33,749 nucleotides of DNA from Caldimicrobium sp. (GTDB lineage Bacteria; Desulfobacterota; Thermodesulfobacteria; Thermodesulfobacteriales; Thermodesulfobacteriaceae), in assembly GCA_046291435.1 (NCBI GenBank), contig JBKBTC010000001.1, positions 1-33,749 on the forward strand, given 5' to 3'. How positions within the stretch are numbered: position 1 is the stretch's first letter; each line of letters begins with the position of its first letter. Below are positions 1-9,087 of the stretch, in pieces. The position numbers and the translations under genes were made by a program. Below the pieces are notes generated by a model, which made no database searches, was not told the origin of the DNA, and saw only the letters and a list, made by a program, of their open reading frames with translations.

Positions 1-223
1 TTTTGCCTCCATACCTCCCTATAATCTTCCCATGTTTCCTTAATAATGAAGCAAGGTACTGCCTGTCCATTTTCAGCTTCTTGTGGAGTTCATTAAGTAT
101 CTGGGTTTTCTTCCTCCAAACTTGTTAAATTTCAAATCAAAAAGGAATTTTAAAGGATTTTTATTTATTTTGTAATTTATGAGGAAACAACCCCATTTCG
201 AAGAGATTATTTTTGAGGAAACG
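1..223 (-). mobile_element. Possible degenerate IS (ISNCY/rve-integrase-like) remnant, truncated by the window edge
   Basis: The minus frame open from 124 to the edge reads QVWRKKTQILNELHKKLKMDRQYLASLLRKHGKIIGRYGGK. From recall this resembles the N-terminal helix of ISNCY-type rve transposases (K.K..ILDE.....GY.R.YA..LLR.HGK). There is an in-frame TAA at 127-125 just upstream. A direct repeat TTT(A/T)TGAGGAAAC at 176-188 and 210-222 resembles the TGAGGCAACG end repeats of such elements. Confidence 0.4.
176..222 (+). repeat. 13-nt direct repeat pair TTT(A/T)TGAGGAAAC, 34-nt period
   Basis: TTTATGAGGAAAC at 176-188 and TTTTTGAGGAAAC at 210-222; 12/13 identical. Confidence 0.75.
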
Positions 224-310
224 CGCCCTCTTGATATATTTTTAAATTGAGATAATATAATTCATATTAAAAAAAATAAATCACTGTAATAATGAAAAAT
301 CAAAATTCAG

Positions 311-2095
311 GTGAGAAAAAAAAGCCTTTTTAAGAGTTATAACCGTTCCATAATCTGGGGAAATTTATTTTACGGGCTATCTCTTTTCCTTTTTGGAATA
401 GGCTTACTTTTTATTTTTGGGCTCTATCACTTTAGCCTTTTGCTCTTAGAGGCAGAAGAAATCTCTCGATTTATATCCACTAAATATGCCACTGAGTATG
501 TTTATAAGTTGTATGAAATTGAGAATAACCCACTAAAGGAAGAAATAATTTTAGCTATAAGAAATAAATGTTTGGAAGAAATAAAGACAACCCTTGAGAG
601 GATAATCCCAGGAATAAAGGTGGAAGAAAATATAAGCTTAGAAGTCAGTAAGTCTCTTATTGAACTGAAAAGGATATACAGCTTTGAGCCCCTAAATCTT
701 AACATAAGTCTTGCTTATCGTGAGTTTTCTCTTTTCAAATGGTTTGGTATAAGAGCCTTTTATATTTTAATAGTAACAGTGCTCATTGTTGGACTATCTT
801 TATATTATCAAAGGAGGCTCTTAAAAGATATAGAGACTTCCTTAAATAGGCTCTCCTTAGAGTTGAAAAGTGGTGGAAGGTTATCTCCCATAGGATATAG
901 TGAGATTGATACCCTCATTGATCTTATTAACAAAGCAATAGAGAAAGAAAGAGAGATTGCAGAAAGTATAGCAGTTCAACAGAAATTAGTAGCTCTTGGA
1001 ACTTTTGCCGGTGGCTATGCCCATGAGTTTAATAACATATTACAAATTGCCTCTCTAAACTTAGAGCTAATGGAAAAATATTTAAAAGAGAAAAAATGTG
1101 AACCAATATTTGGATTACTTGCAAACACAGGAAGCACCTTACAGAGGGGGCAAAAACTTGCTCAAAGGCTTCTCTACCTTACCCAAAAAACAGAAACAGA
1201 ATATACTAACATCTGCGAACTGATTAAGAAATTGGAAGAAACCTTGTATATATTTGTCCCAAGGGAGATTAAACTAAACCTTCAGCTTTCAGAGGAGGAA
1301 GCAGTGGTTAGAATTTCTGAAGAGGGCACAAAAGAAATTCTTATAAATTTAGTGAAAAATGCTATTGATGCCATTTCAGAGAAAAAGGGAAAATATGGAG
1401 ATTATAAAGGGGAGATAACTATTAGAGTTGGAAGAGAAAATGACAAGGTATTTTTAGAAGTAACTGATAATGGAATTGGTATGACAGAGGAAACTAAAAA
1501 GAGGCTTTTTGAACCATTTTTTACTACAAAAGGGATAGGAAAAGGCACAGGTCTTGGTTTATACATAATATACAATTTAGTCCAAAATGCTGAGGGAGAA
1601 ATCAAGGTTGAAAGCAAATTTTTGGAAGGAACAACTTTTAAGGTCTATCTTCCTTTAGTTCATATTGAAAAGAAATCCCCGGAAGTGGAGCCCACTTCCT
1701 CCGAAAAACAAATCGTTCATAAAAAGGTTTTAATTATTGATGATGAAGAAGATATTAGCGAAGCTTTAGCCCTTTTTGTGAGAGAACTTGGTTTGCAAGT
1801 GGAGGTTGCAGAAAATGGAGAAGAGGGATGGCAAAAGCTACAAGAAGGGGATTTTGATTTGGTTTTTCTTGACCTTTTTATGCCAGAAAAGGGAGGAGAC
1901 TGGGTCTTAAAAAATCTAGATAAAATAAACAAGCCTTTGCCCAAAATCGTCCTTATGACTGGGTATGCAGGAGATATGGAGGATTTAATTAGAGTAGAAA
2001 TAGAAAGACAAAGAATCCATACTATACTTCGCAAGCCCTTCTCCCTTGAAAGTATTGTCAAAATTTTGACGGGGGGGGATAATGGAGGTTTATAA
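311..2095 (+). CDS. Membrane-bound hybrid sensor histidine kinase / response regulator
   Basis: Two TM segments flank a ~100-aa periplasmic region. H-box AHEFNN, N-box NLVKNAIDA, G1 DNGIGM, F-box FEPFFTTK, G2 GTGLGL. C-terminal receiver with IIDDEE, FLDLFMP, MTG, RKPF. GTG start. Confidence 0.93.
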   Translation: MRKKSLFKSYNRSIIWGNLFYGLSLFLFGIGLLFIFGLYHFSLLLLEAEEISRFISTKYATEYVYKLYEIENNPLKEEIILAIRNKCLEEIKTTLERIIPGIKVEENISLEVSKSLIELKRIYSFEPLNLNISLAYREFSLFKWFGIRAFYILIVTVLIVGLSLYYQRRLLKDIETSLNRLSLELKSGGRLSPIGYSEIDTLIDLINKAIEKEREIAESIAVQQKLVALGTFAGGYAHEFNNILQIASLNLELMEKYLKEKKCEPIFGLLANTGSTLQRGQKLAQRLLYLTQKTETEYTNICELIKKLEETLYIFVPREIKLNLQLSEEEAVVRISEEGTKEILINLVKNAIDAISEKKGKYGDYKGEITIRVGRENDKVFLEVTDNGIGMTEETKKRLFEPFFTTKGIGKGTGLGLYIIYNLVQNAEGEIKVESKFLEGTTFKVYLPLVHIEKKSPEVEPTSSEKQIVHKKVLIIDDEEDISEALALFVRELGLQVEVAENGEEGWQKLQEGDFDLVFLDLFMPEKGGDWVLKNLDKINKPLPKIVLMTGYAGDMEDLIRVEIERQRIHTILRKPFSLESIVKILTGGDNGGL

Positions 2096-2110
2096 TAAAG
2101 GGGGTTAGCT

Positions 2111-4030
2111 ATGAGATATATAAAAGGTAAGAAGATAATGGGTATATTTTTAGTTTGGCTTATCCTAAATTTATATTTTTGTGGGGAACTTTTTGCCCAA
2201 AATGGAACGATCTTTGAGATTGCAAGGGTGGAGTTAAACCTAATTTATGGAGCAAGCCTTTGGGCTGAGCCCTTTATTGAGACACCTTCTCCTACTATGG
2301 TTTATACTAAGGACTTTTTAAAGAGATTTGGCTTTGAAAACCTTAGAGATTTTTTAGATTATTTACCCTCTTTTTACTTAGTGCAAGATGTAAATGAAAG
2401 GGTTATTTCTTGGAGAGGCTTATATACCACTTCTTCCAATACCTTTCTTTTTGTAGAAAACAGGCACAGGCTTGACCTACCAGCCTTTGGTAATTTTCCA
2501 TTAGATGCAAGCTATCCTGTAAAGGATATAAATAAAATTGAGGTTATTTCAGGACCTTCTTCAAGTATTTATGGGTCAAATGCCTTAAGTGGAGTTATTC
2601 AAGTAGAAAGAGTGCCTGAAGATGCATTCTCTCTTAGAGCTCATATAGGAGAGTATGAGGAAAAGGGGCTTTCTTTTTCTTTTAAGCAAAGAGAGCTCTA
2701 TGGTCTATTTCATTACAATGATATTCCTGGGGAAAAATATAAGGGGATTTCCATCAATCCAAGAGAGGATAATTATGGCTTGCTTTTTAAGAGCAATTTT
2801 TTTGAAGTTCCCTTTCAACTTTTTTATTTTAGAAATCAATACAATACACCCTTTTCGCAGAGAGGAAGACCTCTTCGTCCAGAAGATAAAGACCCCTATG
2901 GCTCAAAAGAGACTATTGATTATTTCTCCGTAAGTTTCAATAAGGGAATAGATTTTAAAAAATTTAAGCTTTATTTTCAACCAAGCTTTACCCATTTTAA
3001 GGCAAAGACTCCTCAGGTTAGAACTCCCCATAGGGAGGGCAATTTCACTGCATTAGATATAGAACTTGAAAATGAGAGGGCTTCACTATTTAGCTATTTA
3101 GAAATACCTTTAAGAGGTGGAAATTTTCTTCTTGGCTTTGACCTTGCCGAAATTTATCATAAGCATTATCTGGCTAAGCTATACAATGGCAGTGAATTAA
3201 GATATCTTATGCCTAAGGAAAAGGAATTTAATTATGCCTTTTTTATGCAATACAAAAGGGCAATGGGGAATTTAGTTTTTCATTTGGGAGCAAGGTATGA
3301 TCATTTTGAGCTTTGGGGAGAGCGGCTTTCACCTCGCTTAGCCCTGATATATAAAATAAATCCTATGTGGACTGTGCAGATAAATTACTCAGAGGCTTTT
3401 AATGCGCCAGCCCTTTTCTATGCTAAAGCAAATCCTGCCATCGGCTATGGTTCTGCAACGAACCTAAAACCAGAAGTTTTAAAGAATTATTCTATAAATC
3501 TTCTTTATCAGGAAAATTCCACCACCTTAAGGATTACCCCTTATATAAATGAATTAAAAGATAAAATAGGCTATGATAGTAGTAGAAAAGTATACACTAA
3601 TCTTTCTAAGTTTAAAACTGAAGGGTTAGAAATAGAAGGAGTCTACAGAGCTCAAAATATTTTAGCCTTCCTCAATTTTACCTACACCGTTGTAAGGGAT
3701 GGGAAAAATATACCCAACATTTATAAAAGTGAGTATATCTATGGTATTCCAAAGACTATGTTAAAGGGAGGAATAAGCCTTGAGATCCCCTATATTAAGG
3801 GCTTATCTTTTGCTCCAAGTTTTAAAAAAATAAGTAAGACCTATTGGAGTAATGATGAAATCCCAGGTTATACCATTTGGGATTTAAATTTGCTTTTTGA
3901 GAGGGAAAATTTAAGTTTCAATTTCAGGGTAGAAAATCTCTTTGATAAGCATCCTATGAGGGCAGGAACGATACCTCCACAGGTATGGGAGGGTAGACAA
4001 ATTAAAGCAGGCTTTGAGGTAAAGTATTAA
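2111..4030 (+). CDS. TonB-dependent outer-membrane receptor
   Basis: Signal peptide; plug motif IEVISGPSSSIYGSNALSGVI; beta-barrel pattern (GARYD, SPRLALIY, LKPE, VENLFDK); terminal aromatic residue (FEVKY). The true start may be the ATG at 2138. Confidence 0.92.
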   Translation: MRYIKGKKIMGIFLVWLILNLYFCGELFAQNGTIFEIARVELNLIYGASLWAEPFIETPSPTMVYTKDFLKRFGFENLRDFLDYLPSFYLVQDVNERVISWRGLYTTSSNTFLFVENRHRLDLPAFGNFPLDASYPVKDINKIEVISGPSSSIYGSNALSGVIQVERVPEDAFSLRAHIGEYEEKGLSFSFKQRELYGLFHYNDIPGEKYKGISINPREDNYGLLFKSNFFEVPFQLFYFRNQYNTPFSQRGRPLRPEDKDPYGSKETIDYFSVSFNKGIDFKKFKLYFQPSFTHFKAKTPQVRTPHREGNFTALDIELENERASLFSYLEIPLRGGNFLLGFDLAEIYHKHYLAKLYNGSELRYLMPKEKEFNYAFFMQYKRAMGNLVFHLGARYDHFELWGERLSPRLALIYKINPMWTVQINYSEAFNAPALFYAKANPAIGYGSATNLKPEVLKNYSINLLYQENSTTLRITPYINELKDKIGYDSSRKVYTNLSKFKTEGLEIEGVYRAQNILAFLNFTYTVVRDGKNIPNIYKSEYIYGIPKTMLKGGISLEIPYIKGLSFAPSFKKISKTYWSNDEIPGYTIWDLNLLFERENLSFNFRVENLFDKHPMRAGTIPPQVWEGRQIKAGFEVKY

Positions 4031-4032
4031 AA

Positions 4033-4725
4033 ATGGGGTTAACGAGAGCAATTATAGTCTTTGCCATCTTTTTTCTTGTTTCAAAGGCTTTTTCTCATCA
4101 TATAGTTTATATCTATGCTGTAAAGAAGATAGCAGGCGTTCCCTCCAATTTTTATTTTATAGAAGACTCAAGAGAGCTTTGTAAGTATAAAAAAGTTATA
4201 ATCTATGGAGCAGAAAGTTTTAAAGAAAGTTTAAATCATAAATGTGATGACCAAAAAAGAATAGTTGCTGCGGTGCTTTATATAAATTATTTTTATCATC
4301 CCAAGTACATCTATGTATCTCCACTTCCCTCTTTGCAGGTATTAAAGAGATATGGAAATGCCTTTTCTTTTTTAGGAACAGATACTTTTTCTTTTTATGT
4401 TAGTTATCTAAGAAAGGAGTTAAAATTAGAGGTGGTAAGCCTTAAGAATTGGTTTGAGCTTGAGAGAGCTCTAAAGGAGGTTAAAAGGTTAGGATTGCCT
4501 TTGCTCTTACTTCCCGACCCTGTATTAATGGATGAGCGAGCACAACTTATATTGAAAGGGCAGCTAAAAGATAGTCAGATAAGGGTAATAAATCTTATTG
4601 GGAAGCCCTTAAACCTTCCCTATGAAGTTATAATCAACCCTTTTCAGCAAAATTATTTTTCCTTTATTCAAAAGGTCTATTTCGAGGAACCTCTTAAAGA
4701 AGGAAGTATCTTTTATTGGGAATAA
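4033..4725 (+). CDS. Exported protein, weakly resembling ABC_sub_bind-type periplasmic binding proteins
   Basis: N-terminal signal peptide (…VSKAFS). Starts 2 nt after the TBDR stop. Segment ELERALKEV…LLLLPDPVL recalls ABC_sub_bind-like proteins. Function unresolved. Confidence 0.6.
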   Translation: MGLTRAIIVFAIFFLVSKAFSHHIVYIYAVKKIAGVPSNFYFIEDSRELCKYKKVIIYGAESFKESLNHKCDDQKRIVAAVLYINYFYHPKYIYVSPLPSLQVLKRYGNAFSFLGTDTFSFYVSYLRKELKLEVVSLKNWFELERALKEVKRLGLPLLLLPDPVLMDERAQLILKGQLKDSQIRVINLIGKPLNLPYEVIINPFQQNYFSFIQKVYFEEPLKEGSIFYWE

Positions 4726-4997
4726 ACTCATAAAATATTGAGAAAATTTAAAAAATAATAAAAATTGCCCTATGAAAAGTTATTATTTTCTTTTAAATAA
4801 AAAAATTTTCCCAATTTTTAAACTTGAAAAATTTTAGAAAAGGGAAAAAATAAAAATTTGTTTTAAGAAAAAGTGAACTATTTTTGGTAAGTTTATGAGG
4901 ATAGCCAACAGGGATAGCTCTACTAATATGACGATTAATGATTATTTTAATATAGACAAAATATAATCAAGTTTAAGGGAGGGGAAGAATTTAAAAG

Positions 4998-6323
4998 ATG
5001 GTGAATAAGGAGTTGCAAGACAAGATATTAGAGCTTGGTAGAGCAGGACAGTTGACTGTTGACCTTTTAAATAGTCTATTGCCTGAAGAGTATAATGATC
5101 CTGAAAAGATGGAAGAAATATTTGACCTTTTAGAGGCCTATCGGATAGAACTAAAGGAATTAGATCCCTATGAGAGGGAAGAGTTTATTGAAAAAAAGGT
5201 TCAAGACAAGATGAAGGAACTTACTATATATGGAGAAGGGGAATTAGAGGAGGAAGAAGAAGGTTTATCTGAACCTGGAAGTGAAGAGCTTATTTCTATT
5301 TATTTAAAGGAAATGGGAAAATATGAACTACTCACTCCTGAGAAAGAAGAGGAACTCTCTAAGAAGATTAGAGAAGGCTTTGAAAGAATTGTAGAAGGTT
5401 TTCTTTCAGCGAAATTTAATTATGTAGAAATCAGGGAAGTGAAAAATACTATTGAGAATTGGAAGAAGCGAGATCCTAATTTAAAGCCTAAGAAAAGTTA
5501 TGTAAATTATTTTGAAAGGGTAATAAAAGAGATAGAAGAAAAATATAAGCAAAATAGTAAGTTTTTGAAGTTTTGTGAAGAAATGAGAAAAAATATTCTC
5601 CAGATTGAAAGAGCAAAGGATTTAATGGTTAAAGCTAATTTAAGGTTAGTAGTTTCTATTGCTAAAAAATATATGCGACAAGGTTTAAGCTTAGCAGACC
5701 TTATTCAAGAGGGAAACCTTGGACTTATGAGAGCAGTGTACAGATTTGATTACCGGAAGGGGAATAAATTTAGCACCTATGCTTCCTGGTGGATAAAACA
5801 ATCCATAACTCGTGCTATTTTAGATAAAACGAGGACGATTAGGCTGCCTGTTCATTTCTTGGAGCTTAGAAATTATGTCTTTAAAGTTTTTTATGAAATG
5901 ACAAAAGAGTTAGGAAGAGAGCCTACTCCAGAGGAAATTGCAGAGCGAACAAATGTTCCCTATGAAAAAATTTTAGTAATTTTTGAAACTGCAAAGGATC
6001 CTGTATCTTTGGAAACACCAATTGGAGACGAGGAAAGCACCTTAGGAAACTTTATAGAGAATAAAAAAAGTCCTTCTCCCTATGAAAAGACAAGAAAGAA
6101 AGATATTTCTGAAAAAATTAAAAAATTTCTTTCCACTCTCTCCCCCAGAGAAGAAAAAATTATCCGTATGCGTTTTGGTCTTGGGGAATATGAAGGATAT
6201 ACCTTAGAGGAAATAGGTTATATGTTTAAGGTTTCAAGAGAGAGAATACGCCAGATTGAAAAGAAGGCTTTAGCTAAAATGAAGCAACTTGCGCAAAAAG
6301 AGGGCTTTGAGTTTAAAGAATAG
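4998..6323 (+). CDS. RpoD-like sigma70 factor (group 1/2, probably a paralogue of the primary sigma)
   Basis: Region 1.2 YLKEMGKYELLT; region 2 ANLRLVVSIAKKY…DLIQEGNLGL…FSTYASWWIKQSITR; region 3 SLETPIG; region 4.2 TLEEIG…RERIRQIE; acidic N-terminus. GGAGG lies upstream. Confidence 0.92.
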   Translation: MVNKELQDKILELGRAGQLTVDLLNSLLPEEYNDPEKMEEIFDLLEAYRIELKELDPYEREEFIEKKVQDKMKELTIYGEGELEEEEEGLSEPGSEELISIYLKEMGKYELLTPEKEEELSKKIREGFERIVEGFLSAKFNYVEIREVKNTIENWKKRDPNLKPKKSYVNYFERVIKEIEEKYKQNSKFLKFCEEMRKNILQIERAKDLMVKANLRLVVSIAKKYMRQGLSLADLIQEGNLGLMRAVYRFDYRKGNKFSTYASWWIKQSITRAILDKTRTIRLPVHFLELRNYVFKVFYEMTKELGREPTPEEIAERTNVPYEKILVIFETAKDPVSLETPIGDEESTLGNFIENKKSPSPYEKTRKKDISEKIKKFLSTLSPREEKIIRMRFGLGEYEGYTLEEIGYMFKVSRERIRQIEKKALAKMKQLAQKEGFEFKE

Positions 6324-6335
6324 GGGAAAGCCTCT

Positions 6336-7823
6336 TTAAAATAGACCTTTTTGTTTGGGTTTAGGTGGCAGGGGAGAAAAACTTTTTATAGGAAAGTGCT
6401 TCAGCCACGACGATACCCCTTTATTTAAAGTATAACCAAATATTTTTCTTTCTTTATTTGCTACAAAATAAAAAGCCCTTTTACTTCTCGTTATAGCAAC
6501 ATAGAGGAGGCGTCTTTCTTCGTCTAAGTTTGTCTCTTCAAAAAGTCTAAAAGGAATTAAATCCTCCTCTGCACCATATAAAATAACCACACTTGCTTCA
6601 AGTCCCTTTGAGCTATGGATCGTTAAAAAATTAATTCCCTGAAGATTAGGACAAATTATATCATTTGTTGAAAGGTTCATTAACATTGCCTTTACTTTTT
6701 CTTTATCCTGTGATAAAAGTTCATACCAGTTAAGAAGTAAATTTTTAGCATAGGGAGAAAGCTCCTCCATTAAAACTTCATAGGAAGTAGGACGAGCCTG
6801 GATTTTTCTGCTAAAATTTGTAAGCTCCTCTTTAATTTTCATAGCTTCATCTTCGGGGAAGGCTATAGGGATACCCTCTTTATGGAACACTTCGCAAAGA
6901 GGGTCTAATGCTTTTTTAACGCGAGCAAGGATAAAAATATCCGAAGGTGAAATCCCCTTCGCTTGTGCACTTTCAAGATTTATTCCACCAAGTAAATTTT
7001 GCACCCATTTAACAAGAAAGCTTTTTTCTGAGGAAACATCTGGAAAAAGAAATCCCTGAACCACTCCCCCTGTAAAGTTACTCTTAAAATTTGGAACTTC
7101 CCAGAGACTACTTTTAAAGAAAGAGGCTCCTTCTAAAATTTCTTGAGGGCATCTAAAACTTTCTGTCAGTGTAAAATAGCGCATCTTAGGTTTTGTTTTT
7201 TTTAAAAACTCTTTTATCGTCATAAGACAAATTCCTCTAAAACCATAGATAGATTGATTAGGGTCTCCAAAAAGATAAAAATTTGCTGATTTAAAAAGAT
7301 TTAGAAACTGAAGCATTTCTGTTGAGAGGTCTTGAAATTCATCTACAATTATGTGGTAGTCTGTAAAATCTCTACAAGGCAAAGTGGAAACTTTAAGCAA
7401 AAGTAGGTCAAAATCTAAAATGTTCAGTTTTTCTAAATGTTCATAATATTTTTTCTTCTCCTCAAGTTTTTTTAAATATTTTTTATTTAGGGACAATTTT
7501 TTTAGGATGGCATTTTTTTCTTCTTCGCTAATTAGAGGAGGCTCTGTATGATAGTAATCTCTATATAAATCATAAGCAAATCCGTGGAAAGTATCTACTT
7601 TTACCTGAGACAAGTCTGAATTCTTTAGCTTTTCCTTAAGTTCTTGAGACACTTTGAGGGAAAAGGATAGAACTATAATTTTCTCTTGGGGAATGCCCCT
7701 TTCTAAAAGATTTTTTATTTTATGGATAAGGGTAAAGGTTTTTCCCGTGCCTGGTCCTGCAAGAACAAGAAGGTCACCAAAATGTTCAATAATAGCTCTT
7801 TGTTCTTCGGTGAATTCAGGCAT
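6336..7823 (-). CDS. Compact UvrD/Rep-family (SF1A) ATP-dependent helicase
   Basis: AGPGTGKT (motif I), TFHG (Ib), VDEFQD (II), GDPNQSIYGFRG (III), SFRCP (IV), TIHSSKGLE (V), EERRLLYVAITR (VI). Only 495 aa. Confidence 0.92.
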   Translation of the reverse strand: MPEFTEEQRAIIEHFGDLLVLAGPGTGKTFTLIHKIKNLLERGIPQEKIIVLSFSLKVSQELKEKLKNSDLSQVKVDTFHGFAYDLYRDYYHTEPPLISEEEKNAILKKLSLNKKYLKKLEEKKKYYEHLEKLNILDFDLLLLKVSTLPCRDFTDYHIIVDEFQDLSTEMLQFLNLFKSANFYLFGDPNQSIYGFRGICLMTIKEFLKKTKPKMRYFTLTESFRCPQEILEGASFFKSSLWEVPNFKSNFTGGVVQGFLFPDVSSEKSFLVKWVQNLLGGINLESAQAKGISPSDIFILARVKKALDPLCEVFHKEGIPIAFPEDEAMKIKEELTNFSRKIQARPTSYEVLMEELSPYAKNLLLNWYELLSQDKEKVKAMLMNLSTNDIICPNLQGINFLTIHSSKGLEASVVILYGAEEDLIPFRLFEETNLDEERRLLYVAITRSKRAFYFVANKERKIFGYTLNKGVSSWLKHFPIKSFSPLPPKPKQKGLF

Positions 7824-9087
7824 TTTTTATTGCTTCTATTGCCTTTAAAATTTCACCTACAAAATAAATTGACCCTGTGATTAAAATTTTATTAACCTTT
7901 TCTTTTAATGCGGTATGTAATGCTAAGGCAGGATCTTTAAAAAATCGGCAATTTTGAGTAGATTCTTTATTTATTGCCCTTTTCCAATCTTCAAGGGTTA
8001 CAATTTTTCTTTCAGAGGGAAATTCTGTAAAGAAGATTTTTTGAGCATAGGAAGACAAAATATTATATAACAAAGAGAAAGGTTTTTCTCCATCTTCATT
8101 GGTTGCCCCAATAAGCAGTAGATAGGGATAAAATCCCTCCTTTTCAAGGGATTTTTTTAGAGCTAAAACTCCTTCAAGATTATGGGCACAATCCATAAGG
8201 ACCTCTTTTTGAAATAAATTTATTCTTTTATATCTTCCTTCCCAATAAACTTTTTGTAAAGCTTCTCTAAGAAGAGGTTCTTCTATTTTAACAAAAGCTT
8301 TACCTTCAAGGATTTCAAGGGTTTTAAGGGAAAGAGCTAAATTTTCTCCTTGATATAGTCCCTTTAAAGAGAGGTTAATATTAAAAAAAGTATGCTTTCC
8401 CTTATAGTTCCAAAGGTCTTCTTTTGAGTATATAAAAAAGTCTTTATTTATTATGTAGCATGGTGCAGAAAGGTTTTTTGCTCTATTTACTATAACTTTT
8501 AAAGCAGAAGGAGGAATATTTCCTAAAACTACTGGTTTTCCTCTTTTAATGATGCCAGCTTTTTCAAAGGCAATTTTTTCTATGGTATTTCCTAAATACT
8601 TTGTATGATCAAATCCAATCGTTGTAATGATGGAAACTTCAGGGTTAATCACATTCGTTGCATCAAGCCTTCCACCTAAGCCTACTTCAATTACCGCAAC
8701 ATCTACTTCTTCTTCTGCAAAATACAAGAAAGCAAGAGCAGTTGTGAGCTCAAAATAGGTAATAGGTTCTTCCACACAGGAGTAAAGAGTTTTTAATAGT
8801 TCTAACAAAGCAGTATCCGGTATGTCATTTCCATTAATTTTAAAGCGCTCATTTAATTTTATTAAATGAGGTGAGGTATAGAGCCCAGTTTTTAACCCTA
8901 AATTAGTAAGAGCGGTGCTAAGGATGGCACAAGTTGAACCTTTTCCATTAGTACCTGCTACATGTATAGTAGGGTAATTTTTTTGAGGATGCCCAAATTT
9001 TTTAAGAAGCTTTTGAATGCGATAAAGTCCTGGTTTTATTCCGTGAAATTGATGCTGATTTAACCATTGGAGATAGAAGTTAAGCAT
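7816..9087 (-). CDS. folC: Bifunctional folylpolyglutamate synthase / dihydrofolate synthase
   Basis: HVAGTNGKGS, YTSPHL, EVGLGGRLDATN, IAFEKAGI, DCAHN, TGSIYFVG. Confidence 0.96.
   Translation of the reverse strand: MLNFYLQWLNQHQFHGIKPGLYRIQKLLKKFGHPQKNYPTIHVAGTNGKGSTCAILSTALTNLGLKTGLYTSPHLIKLNERFKINGNDIPDTALLELLKTLYSCVEEPITYFELTTALAFLYFAEEEVDVAVIEVGLGGRLDATNVINPEVSIITTIGFDHTKYLGNTIEKIAFEKAGIIKRGKPVVLGNIPPSALKVIVNRAKNLSAPCYIINKDFFIYSKEDLWNYKGKHTFFNINLSLKGLYQGENLALSLKTLEILEGKAFVKIEEPLLREALQKVYWEGRYKRINLFQKEVLMDCAHNLEGVLALKKSLEKEGFYPYLLLIGATNEDGEKPFSLLYNILSSYAQKIFFTEFPSERKIVTLEDWKRAINKESTQNCRFFKDPALALHTALKEKVNKILITGSIYFVGEILKAIEAIKNA

Noticed and set aside
224-310. Riboswitch or Fur box controlling the TonB receptor operon
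   Set aside because: No cobalamin or TPP riboswitch core is visible, and GATAAT-like hexamers here are indistinguishable from AT-rich background.
4768-4800. Possible fifth, hairpin-less copy of the repeat arm (TGAAAAGTTAT at 4773-4783 equals 14161-14171)
   Set aside because: Only an 11-nt exact match in very AT-rich DNA, with no REP core; not separable from chance without statistics.
4786-4871. Long imperfect AT-rich inverted repeat upstream of the sigma gene
   Set aside because: Made mostly of A/T runs with many mismatches; expected in low-complexity DNA.
4899-4919. GGATAGC direct repeat upstream of the sigma gene
   Set aside because: Two 7-mers only; no known motif and no other copies noticed.
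6322-6337. Small hairpin AGGGG-AAAG-CCTCT between the sigma and uvrD stops as a terminator
   Set aside because: 5-bp stem with a G-U pair and a very short U tract; too weak to call.
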